A stretch of 63,619 bases of DNA, filler included, from Sphacelaria rigidula (GCA_964200075.2; 10 parts of 10 records of this genome joined end to end with filler, not necessarily neighbours in it); one strand, 5' to 3'. Positions 49,258 to 61,864 are shown, numbered from the whole stretch's first letter. Program-made: numbers and translations. The notes: generated by a model not told the origin, from the letters alone.

Positions 49258-49747
49258 AGGGAATTCTGGCTCCCTGTCAACCTGTTCAAACACACATGGG
49301 AAACTCCTGGCTCCCTGTCAACCTGTTCGGACAGCATGGGAATTCCTGGATGCCTGTCAACCTGTTCGAAAGCGCATGGGACACTCCTGGCCCCCTGTCA
49401 ACCTGTTCGAAAACGCATGGGAATTCCTGGATCCATGGCAACCTGTTCGAACACGCATGGGAATTCCTGGCCCCCTGTCAACCTGTTCGAAAGCGCATGG
49501 GACACTCCTGGCCCCCTGTCAACCTGTTCGAACACGCATGGGAATTCCTGGATCCATGGCAACCTGTTCGAACACGCATGGGAAACTCCTGGCCCCCTGT
49601 CAACCTGTTCGAAAACACATGGGAAATCCTGGATCCACGTCAACCTGTTCGAACACGCATGAGTAAATCCTGGCCCCCTGTCAACCTGTTCGAAAACACA
49701 TGGGAAATCCTGGCTCCCTGTCAACCTGTTCGGACAGCATGAAAATT
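49258..49747 (+). repeat. Minisatellite, 39-41 bp unit x12
   Basis: Consensus gggaattcctggccccctgtcaacctgttcgaacacgcat. Twelve caacctgttc cores with no unique spacers. Confidence 0.95.
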
Positions 49748-50977
49748 CTATTCCGCATGCATAGTCCGACATTTGATATTCGATGGTGATTCGGAATAGT
49801 TCTGTTTCCACAGTGAAAGCACATTACTCATGCACTGTTAGACTGAGTACATAGGTGGATTTTCAAGGAGGAGATAGTCATTTTGTACAGCCATCCTGAA
49901 ACAGCATCACAATAAATAAAACGGTAGCATGTCGTAAAACCAAAGGGTGTTATCGCAATTCAATGTGCGGAGATGGAAGCGGTTTTTAATCCAGCGGGTC
50001 TTGTCGAGTTTGAGTATGTGTAGCGTAGCATATTGTAGCGTGGTTCCATTTCAGTCAGCTGTATCAAACTGCAAAAATCCTAGCGTGTAGCAACACCAGA
50101 GTCAATTGTGAACAAGTCTAACGTTAGTCCGTCCAGCGGCGCACCCCGAGCGTGTGGTTACAGCATTACGAATTGCGAACAAGACCAGGATTGTTTTTGT
50201 CAGAAACCGCCCAGACAGTGGTGCGATATACCTATTATTTTGTTTTACAAGTGCGGAACAATTGACCAGAATTCGTGTGCAGAGCAATCATGAAGCAGGA
50301 GATTTGGCTCTGTCAAGCGATCGATGAGTGTGCAAAATACGTCAGTTGTTGGAAGAGCGCTAGCGCTTGTTTGCACACTCACACCCAGGGCACCACTCAG
50401 TCAAGACGTGAATGCAGCAATAAAATTTTGTGTGCACAACGGGCACGACGGTTGCAAGCAGTAGTACAGACGGAGCAACACAGTACAGCAGCTCGAACCC
50501 TAGACCGCGGTGCGGGTAGTCCATCTGCGTTATGCATACTTTTCCCAAGTGAAAATTGATGCCAATTCAGCATGTAACCTACCCTCGTGGTCAAAGGGTC
50601 AATACTCACAACGATAAGGCGGCTTACAGCCCCCCCTCTGCGCGGTGTACAGAGCAGCATTGTTTGTTTCATCCACATGACGGGGTGTAAAGATTCATCG
50701 CTTCAACGCTTTCATTACTGTGTGCAAAAGATTTGACCTGCCATGGCGTGTAAAGCAAGCATAGCATGGCATGGTCGTTTACGTGGTCGCAGGTGATACC
50801 CCCCTAGACACTTTCCACGATAGCCCCCCCCCAAAACCAGCTAAAATTGTCACGAAAAAAATGGCCGTACAGCACCTNNNNNNNNNNNNNNNNNNNNNNN
50901 NNNNNNNNNNNNNNNNNNNNNTTAATTAATTAANNNNNNNNNNNNNNNNNNNNNNNNNNNNNNNNNNNNNNNNNNNN

Positions 50978-51044
50978 TGGGAAGGGATGCGAGGTCAATG
51001 GTCTTATGATTATGGCATGCATGATCATGAGTACACCCCCCCCC
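50978..51044 (+). mobile_element. Family A 3' end with C tail
   Basis: agggatgcgaggtcaatggtcttatgattatggcatgcatgatcatgagtaca followed by a C run. Confidence 0.9.
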
Positions 51045-51341
51045 AAATCGTAAGATGACGCATGATTTCCTTTAATACTGCTTTTGAATGGTTGTTGTTG
51101 TGTCAATGTTGTCTTCCGCCTTGCGAGTTTTGGATTCAGTTAATAATCTTCGTATTTGATTGACAACCTGACTGTATTTGGCGTAATTCATCTAGGTAAT
51201 TCGCTATTTTTTCTCTGCCGCTCAAACATACTGACTTGCTATGTGCCCAACGCCAGGAAGCGCACCGTTGGAGAAGAGGAAGGGGTCACCCTCGCACGAG
51301 CATAGTTGATCCCTTCTGGCAGCCACTGGGTCGCTTTGCAG

Positions 51342-54300
51342 GCAGCATCAACGAAGGAGCAAGCTCAGCTGACCCTATCACGCGAACAGCATCAGACCCT
51401 TTGATGACGGAGTCCATATCCGCACCCGCTCCCCTTAAATCAGCCGCTGCCTTTGTACCCAGCAATCCAAGACTCGGTGCTGCGACCTCGACAACACGCG
51501 ACGCGGCTCCTATAGGCCCCGCGGTCTTTCCGTTCCCACCTCAGGCTAGCGCCGCCGCTGTTCCTGATGCCCCTCAAAATACAAATCAAATGCATGCCCC
51601 GTCAGCCGCGGAAAGCGCAGCAAACGTTTGGCCGGAAGGAGGGGCGATTTTTGGCCTACGTAGCAATAAGCACCCAACGGTACCGCAGGCATGGGTGCCA
51701 ACCGGTGTACGGCCTGCAATGGGGTCGGGGTTAGAGGCAGGGGCGAGAGCAGGATCGCCTACTCGAACCGGCACGGCGCCGTTGTTGGGAGAAATAGATA
51801 GAGGAGCGCTTATGACAACATCCGGGGCTGATGGTGGTACGCAAGTACAGAGCAACAGAGGCAAGCAGACTTCCGGGGCAGGAATAGTAAAGGTGCGGGT
51901 TCCCGATTTGCGCTCAGGGGTGCGTGGCTCTCTCCATGATCTCATCCTCGGTTGTTGGGTCACGTCTGATGATATTCACGATTCTACACGACACGTATGA
52001 CACGATCTCTTTCCACTCTTGAGTCACATGAGAAAGCTGCGCTTCGTTGTTTGTCGGCTGGGATCTCCTACCTTGCTATTACATCTGATTAATCACTGGA
52101 GTGTTAGCCAGGCATGGCACTCGATAGAGTCGCAATCTTTGTCGTCGATTGACCAAAAGTTTCACGGTCCTCCTACGAGGACATTGTCTACCGCGTTATT
52201 CGTCGCTTCCGGCAACAATACTCAGATTCCCACGAGGGCAACCACGAGAGCAACCACGAGTGGAACTACGAGGGCAATGCGAGCGGCCGCGCGTGGGCGG
52301 CAGAATCGAACGGCAGACCGACTTGCTGACCCAACAGTGGTCGCACCAGATCTTTGCGGGTTTGAAGGAGGGGAGTATTTGTGTACGGACGGCATTACCC
52401 TGATGCCGTATGCTGTCGCCGGAAAGGTGGAGTTTTCGACGGCGACGGCGACGGCGGGGGTGGAGAATGACGCGCCAGTATCGTTGAGTCAACCGGAAAG
52501 TAATGATCTCATTCGGGAGAACTCGGTGGTTATGAGTTTTGTCGCCGTCCACGACTTCTTTGATACGCTGGAGAAGACGTTTCTATTGTTTAAGCCTCTG
52601 ATTCTTCGGAACCCCGGGTGTCAAGTGTTGTGCTTCAACTCTCCCGGTCAGGCAGGGACGCAGCTCCCCCCCGAGCCAGAAGGACTACTGACAAATGACT
52701 GGGTGGCGGACAGGCTCAACGAGCTCATGCAGGTGCGAAAAGGCCTCAAGATATATCAGAGTACCTCGAAATACAGCAACGACCTCGAACGTCTACGACT
52801 CTACCCCAAATACATCGCTGATCACTGCAAAATATAGTAGAATGACTCAAGCCATGGCAAACGATATCGAATTACCGCAGAATGCCTTTGAATACAAGCG
52901 GAAGGAGTCATACAGCAGTAGTACTGGAGCTACAGCTGAACAACTCAAAATAATACAACTTCGTTCGGTTAATTCGTTTTCTTCGCGCGGCAACGAAGAT
53001 TCATTTTCAATGCGGCAGGGGGCAGAAGTCACACCACAGGTAGTGCTTTGCTGGGTACGGTCCAGCAACGTAGTGTTCATAAATCAAGAGGTTGATAACA
53101 CAACTACCGGGGGATGAAGCAGAATATTTTACGAAGAGATTCCACCTTTCATGTTCGAGGATTTTCCCCTGTATCTCAATGTCCAAACCCGCCCCAGGGT
53201 CAAGTAACTCCATGCTCTCCTGGAGCCGCTGTGATCCGTCTCCGCACTACTTCCCCCATTCCATGTGCTGTGGGTTCACACACAATCGAAATATACTCCT
53301 CCTTTGTCCTAACGTCAAATACTTTGCGCAGCACGTTGATAACATGGGTTTGATGCCTCTGTCCGGTCGACCGTTTCATTTGGTTGGGATCGGCAACGGC
53401 GCAAGCGTGGCCACCGCGTTCGCGTCCCGCTATGTATCCAGCCCTAGATGGAAGCCTACCCTCAGAGGGCTGGTGTGTATCAACGGATTCGCTGCGGTGG
53501 ATACGCAATTGGCCGCAATATTGCACTCCGTGCAGGGGGCGTTTCGGTGTTTCCCACCAGAAAGGCCCGACCTTCCCGTCACGTTCTGGAGCAAGTAAGT
53601 GCGGGCGGACCGGTGAATTAAATCCGTCCGGCCTCCCTTTCCCCCCCGCTTATTCTGTGTCGTGTTTTTCGCACCTTCGTGTGGTACCGTGCCTTACATA
53701 TACAGCAGCGCTGTTTCGCCGTTAGTGGCGCCCGTGACAGATGTTTACAGACACGTAAAAACACGCTTAAAGTCATCAACACGAGCTCAGGATTCTACCC
53801 ATTCCACCGCAGGTTCATTTTCAGCGATGCGTACCTCAAGGCGGTAGGGTCAGATCTGGCGGTTAACATTTACTGCGCCGTCGCTAATCCGTTGGGTGCG
53901 GAGGGCATGGTACGGATCGTGAAAGGGGCCCTCCGCAGTCGCGATCTCAGGAAAGACTTGCTGTCGATGGACTTGCCGCTGATCCTGGTCCAGGTACGGA
54001 ACCACTACAAGCATTTTCCGCTGTGTGGGAGAGGGTTGGGAGTATCCAGGACAGTTATGGCGAAATCTGTTGTGTGCCCATTATACAGGATTAGGAGGTA
54101 TCAAAAACACAGCGGCAAACCATTCGCATTTGTACCTAGTACAGAGTGTAAGGAGCCTCGAGTCTGTACAGTAATAACAGCACAGTTCAAGTATGCCTGT
54201 ATCATCACACCGTACATTAACTGTTTGTGCCTCGTTTTGTATACCACCTCCGAACCCTCAACATCACGGTCCCCACTGGGAACCAGCAAGCATTCGAAGG

Positions 54301-54891
54301 ATAATTTGTTCTGGGGTTCGGTAATTCTAGTCTGATATCAGTTCAAGCATACCTGTGTATCCTCACTGTGCGTCGCGTTTTCACCTTTCGTATTCGCACC
54401 ATCGTCCTCTCCATCACGCTCCGTCGGATACGCACATGTTCTTCGCTTTTGCGATCCCTTCGTCCTTCGACAGCTACAACGGTCATCACAGCGGGAAACA
54501 AACACAGCAGTCCGAAGATAATTTCGAGGAGTTCGTACCACTGGTATATTGATCCACGGACGACTGCACCACCTGCCGAAGCAATCTGTCTCGCCTAACA
54601 TATTATGTGCTTTGTTTGCACGTCACCCCTTGTCCCCTCGTCGTCACAACGGCCATCACCATGGGGACCAAATGAATAAGCAGTCGACGGATAATTTACT
54701 GGTCAATGCCGCAAACGTGGACGCTTTCTTGGAAGGACGACGACCTCGCCACGTATGGTCGCACCAGCTCCGTGTCCGTCCTGGTGGCAGCGGCGGCGTC
54801 TCGGCCGACCCTGCTATAGCGGGAAGACCCGCGACAGTCGGTGCTTCCGCATTGGCTGGCGCGGCAGCTTCAGAAATTCAAGGTGCAGTAG
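51342..54891 (+). CDS. Alpha/beta-hydrolase-fold protein (probably non-catalytic), partial. Exons ~51342-51892, 52226-52732, 53332-53594, 53813-53993, 54684-54891
   Basis: GT-AG exons with consistent phases give GITLMPYAVAG..SFVAVHDFFDT..QVLCFNSPGQAGT..ADRLNELMQ|HVD..PFHLVGIGNGASVATAFA..LRGLVCING..|..DLPLILVQ|STDNLLV. This is the strand order of an ABhydrolase_1 fold. The first acceptor is uncertain. Confidence 0.85.
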
Positions 54892-56049
54892 GTACGCTTG
54901 TCTTGTATCAAGTATCCACGCACGCGGCATTGCCCAATCGCGCGTGATGTTTTGGAAGCTACACGTATTTTGTAGACATATAGATTTAGCATGAACTCGC
55001 CACTTCTACGCGAGGTAATTCCGTATATGCGGTACGTCTTACGGCGTGGGGCTATGGCAATGTGTATGCGGCTACCTCCTGAACTCAAAGAAATTTTGTC
55101 ATAGTGTGGCTTCCTTTTTTACTTACTTCGACTTTTCATTCTAACTGACTGGATCCCGTCAGGGAATTTCAAATGAAACAGCGCATCGCTCTGCCTCTAC
55201 CACGTCTCGCTGTACCTAGAGGTAGGATACCTGGTGCGTCGCGCTTTTCGTCCAGGGTTAATCCACTATTTCCTTCCACTTGACACCATCTAGTTACGAC
55301 CAAGTCAGCACCAACCCCACAGTTCGATGTCGTGCCAGCCACTGCAAATGTTTTTGCCGTTCACATTTTTCTCCACGTGGGATCCAAAACTGGCAGCAAG
55401 TCTTCCCCTTCCTTCGCTGCACCAAAGCAGAAGCGATATAGGCGTAGCAGCGCCAATGTATTATGCTTTGCGGACACTTGGTCGTCGCCAACGGTGGTCT
55501 TGCATTACCGTACAGCCATCACGTGGGATACAAATATCCATATGGGATATTTATCTGGGATATATATATATATATATCTGGGATCTACAAAGTGCTAAGG
55601 TATGGATGTACAAATATTTTATGGGGTTTGAATTGTTAGGAATCCTTCATCTCATCCAAGAAACGACTCACGACAAACGTGAGAGCACACCACGATTAGC
55701 ATGTCAATGGACTAGGGATATCCCGAACGAATTTGAAAACGGCAACGTCCTAACCCATAGTCTTGTGTTTCTCCTGAGTTTAGGAGCCCCTGAATGTGAA
55801 AGATCTGGGCTCAAGTGTGCAAGCCCTACCATAGCATTCCTCTGCACGTTCACGTGAGATACGCTAGTGGCGTATCCATCTTGAATACTGCCGTCCATTC
55901 GAGACGTCCATCTAGGATATGGGGGTATGTCTGGAGTGTCTGAGATCACTCGATGACGTTGAAGTCAAGTTTGTCGGTGACGTTCACGCTATACTACTAC
56001 TTCGGATCAAAGCTTCTCGGGCGGGATATATGGCGTGAAACCTTCGGGT

Positions 56050-56640
56050 GAAAGCAAGGACAGCCAGAGCAAGTCTCTAGTTTTAAGCTACGAAGAGGAA
56101 TTTGAAACTAACCGGCATACATATTCAAATCACAACTTTTTTATGAGGTTAAGAGGCGTTTACCGCATCTTCTTCTCAGAGTCATAAATTGGTAGTTGCC
56201 TGAGATCTTAGATCTCCGGTCTGATCGGTAGAATAACAGTTAGCTGTGATGAATCTAAGAGTGCAGGTCTGACCAGCAGACGAATATGGGTATGTGTCCC
56301 CTAGCTTGTGTCAACGCCTTGTTGTGCACGTATATGAGGCTGAGCGTAGCCACCCGTATCACGTAGCCGCTCGGGGTCATCTTATGGCGATGCTGAGAGA
56401 GAGCGCAACAAACAAAACATATTAAGTGAAAACAAGTTTCCTGTCTGACAACTCGTAGCGACAATTTTTTCCTACGCGTGAAACCGAAAGGAATAGACAC
56501 AATAGTGTTGTTGACTATGTGTCGGGTACAGATAGTCGAGCAGTGATCAACCGGACTGTGTCTGGTAGTAGTGTTTGCAGAGCGTGTTGACTGTACCTGT
56601 AATCGCAACCTCTTCACACCTCGAGGTCCGAAGAATATAT
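56050..56640 (-). mobile_element. Highly degenerate hAT-like transposase remnant within a GGGATAT/ATATCC-motif DNA transposon (about 55520-57170)
   Basis: Minus strand IVSIPF..KMT..RVAT..IFVCWSDLHS loosely resembles the hAT (R.WC..H.LDL) region. Flanking regions are rich in gggatat/atatcc motifs, also seen at 12840-13510. Confidence 0.4.
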
Positions 56641-57419
56641 GCTCGTGGAATGTCTCAGATGGGTTTTCATACCCCAAATGACCCGTCCAGCTGGGATATG
56701 CCAGATTCAAACATACCCTCCAGATCGATCTGATATCCCGTTATCCTTGTCGAATACCCCAGTAGGATGCCCCAGTTTTGTTTGCGGCACAATTTCAGCC
56801 CCTCTCCTTCCTCGAGACGAGTCTGTGGTCTCATCGGATGAGCCCGTCTCTACTGCTAGACGCACCTTGCATTTTGGCGTCGGGGCGGATCAGCACCTCC
56901 GCGTCGCGTCGATTCTCATCGAATAAATTCTTTTTTGGTACTCACCTTCTCATGTTGTCAACGACGGGAATGAGACACCTTTTTGGGGGAAACAAATGTT
57001 GAGTGTGTCTACCTATCGGGAGTCGAGGGCGCGTTTTTTGCGATCTAATGGTATCAGACTTATTTTTTGTTAGACAATCGGGGTGTGACAAAATATCTGC
57101 ATCCGTGTGATATTAGACGTCTCACATGGATATGACGTCGCAGATGAAGGTCCTAGATGGGTATCCTAGAAAACATCCACGGTTAGGACAAATCATCACG
57201 ACTCAAAATCACCAAATTCACGATTTCCTCTGCCTGATTGCCCGAAAGNNNNNNNNNNNNNNNNNNNNNNNNNNNNNNNNNNNNNNNNNNNNTTAATTAA
57301 TTAANNNNNNNNNNNNNNNNNNNNNNNNNNNNNNNNNNNNNNNNNNNNTTTCCTGAAAGCCCCCCCCCTCCCCCCCCCCCCCTATCTTAGCATGACTCCT
57401 TGTGCGCGCCCGCCTGGAA

Positions 57420-57495
57420 GGGGGGGGGGGGGGGGAGCGAACTATTTGTTGCTTGCCTCAGTCCGTTTCCCATTGACCACGCATCTGTTTCAAGA
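57420..57495 (-). mobile_element. Diverged LINE (family B) 3' end next to poly(G)
   Basis: G run followed by actatttgttgcttgcctcagtccgtttcccattgaccacgcatc. Confidence 0.7.
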
Positions 57496-57626
57496 AGTAG
57501 CTCACACCTTCACTGTGCCTCTTTCTCCATTCCTTCAACTCTCTAATCGCCATGGTGGATTATCTGGGCCTTACACTCATTTTCCAAGTGAAAATAAGGT
57601 CGATTCGATAGGTTCACCCACCCTTG

Positions 57627-57627
<1 letters not shown>

Positions 57628-57665
<38 letters not shown>

Positions 57666-57912
57666 GTCCCATTTATTGTGGACGCCGGTCTAAACCTTTC
57701 GGTATATGTGGGCGCACCAGCCGGGGTCACCCAGGAGAAAGGTCAACACGGGAGTTTTTGTTCATTTGTTCTGGTTCTGCACCTTTCTTCTGTAGTGCTT
57801 GCCTTTATTTTTTTATCGCGACAGGAGTTCAGCACTCCCTCTTCCTTGTCGACCATTACGTCGAATTTCGTGTACTCACGACATAGTCGCTCTCCATTGT
57901 TGGGCATTGTGT
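57628..57912 (-). mobile_element. 5'-truncated SINE copy (family of 47815-48167) with (CA)~18 tail
   Basis: Shares ggacgccggtcta.acctttcggtatatgtgggcgcaccagccggggtcac and the downstream body. Lacks the tRNA head. Confidence 0.85.
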
Positions 57913-58609
57913 AAGCTGTCGAAGGGTAAAATCAAGTTATCACTTGACAAAATATGACCCGCGGTCCGCGAGATAATTCCGTGGACTGAAGAAAACGCGC
58001 AGAAAATTCAGCAAGCACCTTCGGTACCCTTCTCGATGATGAAAAAGTGGTGGGCCAGATCAGGACCGTGATACATGAATAACTTAAACACAAAAAATAA
58101 AAAGAAAGCGTGAACAAATGAACCGATCAGTTTGAGGGAACGTATTCCGTTTCCTTCTCATGACTGCAGCGTCTCCTCATTCGACGCGAAGAGAATAACA
58201 TCACGAACTCTAGAGAGATCAATCTATCAAGCAACCAATCAACCAACCAATCGTCACGACGAGCACATCAAACCTTGTGGGATCGAATGCCATACACCTA
58301 ACAGGTATGGTCAACGGAAAACGCGTGTTTACATCCTCTGCTGTAACACTGGTGGCAGTTTCACTCGTTCGACAGGGGCCCCCACAACCTCATCAAGATA
58401 AACACACATACGTCTCCACCATTAGTGATGAATCCGTTGAGGGTATCCCCTTAGCCTGGTCCAGCGAAAACCCGGCGTGCTCCGTCCCCGCTTTGTTAGG
58501 ACGGACCCCCTATAGGCTTGGCGTCGGTTGGTCATGACACTGTAAAACACACCACTCACTGCGTAAGCTAGACACCCAGGTTACCGATTGTGTCGGCGCG
58601 CTTGATTTT

Positions 58610-59023
58610 TTGTTTCGCCGTAACGATGATGCCGGTCAAGCTATATCATATTGTGCGGGGTTGGAGAGCCCCAACTCCGCGCAAGGGGGGTGAACCGCAC
58701 TACGTAGTGCTTACATGGTGAAACATCCATGAGGCAGTGTATAAGCCGTGGCTGTCTCGGAAAGTGGCAACACCAGAAAATGAAGCAACTCATTGGAGGC
58801 TGTCATCCAAATGCAAGATAACCAGGAGGCTTCGGGCCGAACAATCTTGGCAGGATGTAGCTCATCCTTTTCGCGACTCGCCGAGCACACCACGGCGCTG
58901 GGCGCTTGGTGATTGAGTGCGATCCTGGTCCGGCGAAAGCCCGTTGTGCTTCGTCCCGGCTTTGTAGAGGTGCGAGGTCAATAGTCTCATGACTATGGCA
59001 TGCAAGATCATGAGTATACCCCC
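58610..59023 (+). mobile_element. Family A, longest copy
   Basis: Includes the 5' hairpin gcggggttgg-agagcc-ccaactccgc, the body and the terminus gcatgcaagatcatgagtataccccc. Confidence 0.88.
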
Positions 59024-60009
59024 TTAGTTTGACATACATGGAGCAGAACGCTCCGTGTGGATACGAAGGCGGAGCAAGGGGTAACCAATCGCCCAGGGAC
59101 CGTACAGAAATGACCGGACAAAGACACCCGTGCGTGGCACGACATAACCGTCAAGGACTGACTGCACCGAAACGACTGACAAATTACACCCATACGGGTG
59201 ACAAAATCACCGCCATGGTCTGTACCTGAATCATCAGGGGAGTGAAAACATCACCCATTGTCCCGCTGCAGCACCACGTACCTTCGGTCCCCGTCCCGCC
59301 AGAGCCGTTCCAATCGCATCCGGTTCCACCATGAACAGCAGCAACTCGTGCTCTGTGAACACCTGGATGAACCAAGTCGCCAAATCCGTGTCCGTTCGAT
59401 TTTCTCATTCGCAGCTCGGGGCAACAGACGGAATTCTGAGGCCTCTCTGAGGCCCACCGTCACTATACGAGGACTTGAATTGAGTTTCCTTTTTTCTCAT
59501 GTTGCTGCGCTTCACCCCCCTTCCCCTTTCTTCCCCCTTCCCGCATGTTTTGCGAAGAAGTTGGCGAGTACAGGAACTGTTCACCTGAAGCTTTGCAGAC
59601 GGCTGAATACTATGCACAGCCTTTTACTTTTTTCAGGTCGTGTCTTGCCAGACATGGAGAGCATCGACAAGTGCTACACTAGCGCCACCGTCGGCAGGAC
59701 GAGGGTCCGTATTCGAGCAGAAACTGCCCCTTGGGCCCCGCACGCCCTGCAGGATCCTCTACAGGATAAAGGGTAGGTATAGTACGCGAATAGTCAATCG
59801 ATCAAGGGGTCAAACCACATACAATCGCATGGGGAAGAGTTGGCGATTTCACGGAAACGTTTGTGAGGTGATGACGTGTTCCGTGTGTAGAAATTTGACA
59901 ACGTTGTCTCGAACTCCCTCCCCTTCCCAGGGAGCTTCAACTCCTCAATCCACAGCCACCCGGCAAATTATTGTTGATGTCTGGGTGTACACGCCGTACT
60001 CAATATGCT

Positions 60010-60080
60010 CTCAAGGAACCTGATTCGACACTTCAGATTGAGGAAACTGCTTGCCTTTGCATCGAAATCATGCATCCTAC

Positions 60081-60111
<31 letters not shown>

Positions 60112-60241
60112 CCCCCCCCCCCCACCCCCCCACCCACCACCACCCACCGAGCCCCGATATTCGNNNNNNNNNNCCATCTTCTCAAGAAACCCGTTTCGCC
60201 ACCTCAGATTGAGGAAACCGCTTGCCTTTTCACCGAAATCA

Positions 60242-60278
<37 letters not shown>
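60010..60278 (+). repeat. Two ~60-bp direct repeats, each followed by a long poly(C) tract (10-N gap between them)
   Basis: tcaag.aacc.g.ttcg.cac.tcagattgaggaaac.gcttgccttt.ca.cgaaatcat at 60011 and 60182. Confidence 0.75.
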
Positions 60279-60279
<1 letters not shown>

Positions 60280-60304
60280 AGCCACCTACCCCCCGCATGA
60301 CCTT

Positions 60305-60657
60305 CGCACAAAGGGGATGATCATTCTGAGTAGTGATGATATGGTGAGACAGCCGTGAGGCAGTGTGTAACTCGTGGCAGTCTCTGGAGCTACCAAAACA
60401 CAAAAAATGAAGCAACTCAATGTGGGCTGTCATCCGTACGCAGGATAATCAGTACGCTTCGGGTCGAAAAATCTTCGCAGGATGCAGATCACCCTTCATG
60501 CGACTTGCCGAATACATCACAACGCTTCGCGGTTGGTGATTGATTGCGAGCTTGGTCCGGCGATAACCCGGCGTGCTCCGTCCCAGCTTCGTTGGGTTGT
60601 GAGATCAACGGTCTTATTCGTGACTACGGCATGCGAGATCATGAATACTTCCCCCCG
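60305..60657 (+). mobile_element. Family A copy, directly after a poly(C) region
   Basis: Body tgaggcagtgt..aatgaagcaactca..ggctgtcatcc..ggtccggcga.aacccgg; terminus gatcatgaatacttcccccc. Confidence 0.85.
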
Positions 60658-60774
60658 CACGTTCACGCATGTATGTTGGCGGCACAGCGGTACGCGATAG
60701 GAGATACCAGGTGATCCTGCCACCATAGTGCATGTGCTTCATTGAACGAACCCAGGGGATCCATGGGTGTGCAA

Positions 60775-61129
60775 TGTATGGTACACTACCCTCGGTACTC
60801 GGGATGAGTACGTGGTCTCAAGAGATCAAGGCGTCTGCCCCTCGGCACACGTCTTACTTTTCGGTATCGCGGATTCGGTCAGCACTGCCGCGCGACATCG
60901 ACGGTCTCCTCATGAATTCAAACCAAGAGAGTCTCGTTGCTATTACTCACATCCTTACGCCTCCAACGGCGGGAATCAGATACTTTTCTGAGAAAAAAAA
61001 ATGAAAAAAAACGAAAAAAACGAAAAAAAACGGAAGCCGAACTGGACACATCTAGTGGGAACCGAACCCGTGCTTTTCCTGTTCTAACTAATGATTTCAC
61101 CTGCACGATTACCCGTGCACCACCGGGGC
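60775..61129 (-). mobile_element. tRNA-derived SINE sharing head type and 3' tail with 35049-35352
   Basis: Minus strand gccccggtggtgcacggg...gggttcggttccc head; tail ttgatctcttgagaccacgtactcatcccgag. Confidence 0.7.
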
Positions 61130-61149
61130 ATATGTGGTTGGTTGAAAAC

Positions 61150-61327
61150 GCTGCAAACCCAGAACAATATATGCTCAACAGATGCAATAGACAAGAAGTG
61201 TACTGGGTAAAGTATAGACATGCTGTAACTGCTGTCGGCCGTCAATAGTTGCAATAGGCCTATACTTTATCCAGTACATATTGTGTCTATTGCGATTATT
61301 GACCATATATTGTCCAGGGTGTGCAAC
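61150..61327. mobile_element. Foldback MITE, same family as 24915-25091
   Basis: acaatatatg.tcaa.agatgcaatagacaagaagtgtactgg.taaagtatag pairs with ctatactttatccagtaca...tattgaccatatattgtcc. Confidence 0.85.
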
Positions 61328-61864
61328 GCTGTCAACCGGTGTGAATGCATCTTGTCCGATTGATTGATATCGACAGCATTGAAATCAAGGAAGTACTTCC
61401 AGTGAAGCTTTCAAAATTGGTTCCTGAGCAAGCAAAACGTGACTCGAAACACCCCTCATGCCCTCCAATCAAAGGACCAATCACTCCACGCCTTGCCTGG
61501 GGACTGTCGCCGAATCCCTTCGCCTTGACCTTCCGGCCAACCTTGAGCTCCTCGAACTCGGGGTGCACGTCCGACAGGCGGAGGTCATCTCGACCCGAGT
61601 ACATGCAAGAGTCCACCACATGGGTCTTCATCACGCTGGGGCGGCGAACATCAAGTGTATGTTGTGGTGGAGGGGAATAGGAAAGTCATTAGCCGTTTAA
61701 CCAGCAAGATAATGAATAGTACTATCACCATTACAAATTTTGAATGTCGTGGTCATCATGCAACCGATTGACAATCACATACAGTATTTCACACGTCGGA
61801 CGAGCACGAATGTGACTCGTAGCACTTGCACTCGTTGGGCTGCTGGTTGGCCATAAAAAATAAT

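Noticed and set aside
49258..49747. CRISPR-like array
   Set aside because: Units are contiguous 39-41 bp repeats with no unique spacers, there are no cas genes, and the context is eukaryotic. It is a minisatellite.
49196..49811. Repeat-protein ORFs in several frames over the minisatellite
   Set aside because: Unit lengths are mostly not multiples of three and the same peptides rotate among frames, so the openness is a by-product of the repeat.
6274..57348. Regularly spaced TTAATTAATTAA motif about every 6372 bp, and any gene cluster spanning it
   Set aside because: Artificial linker between size-sorted contigs. Co-occurrence of the USP, ERGIC, EsV-1-7 and hydrolase genes is accidental.
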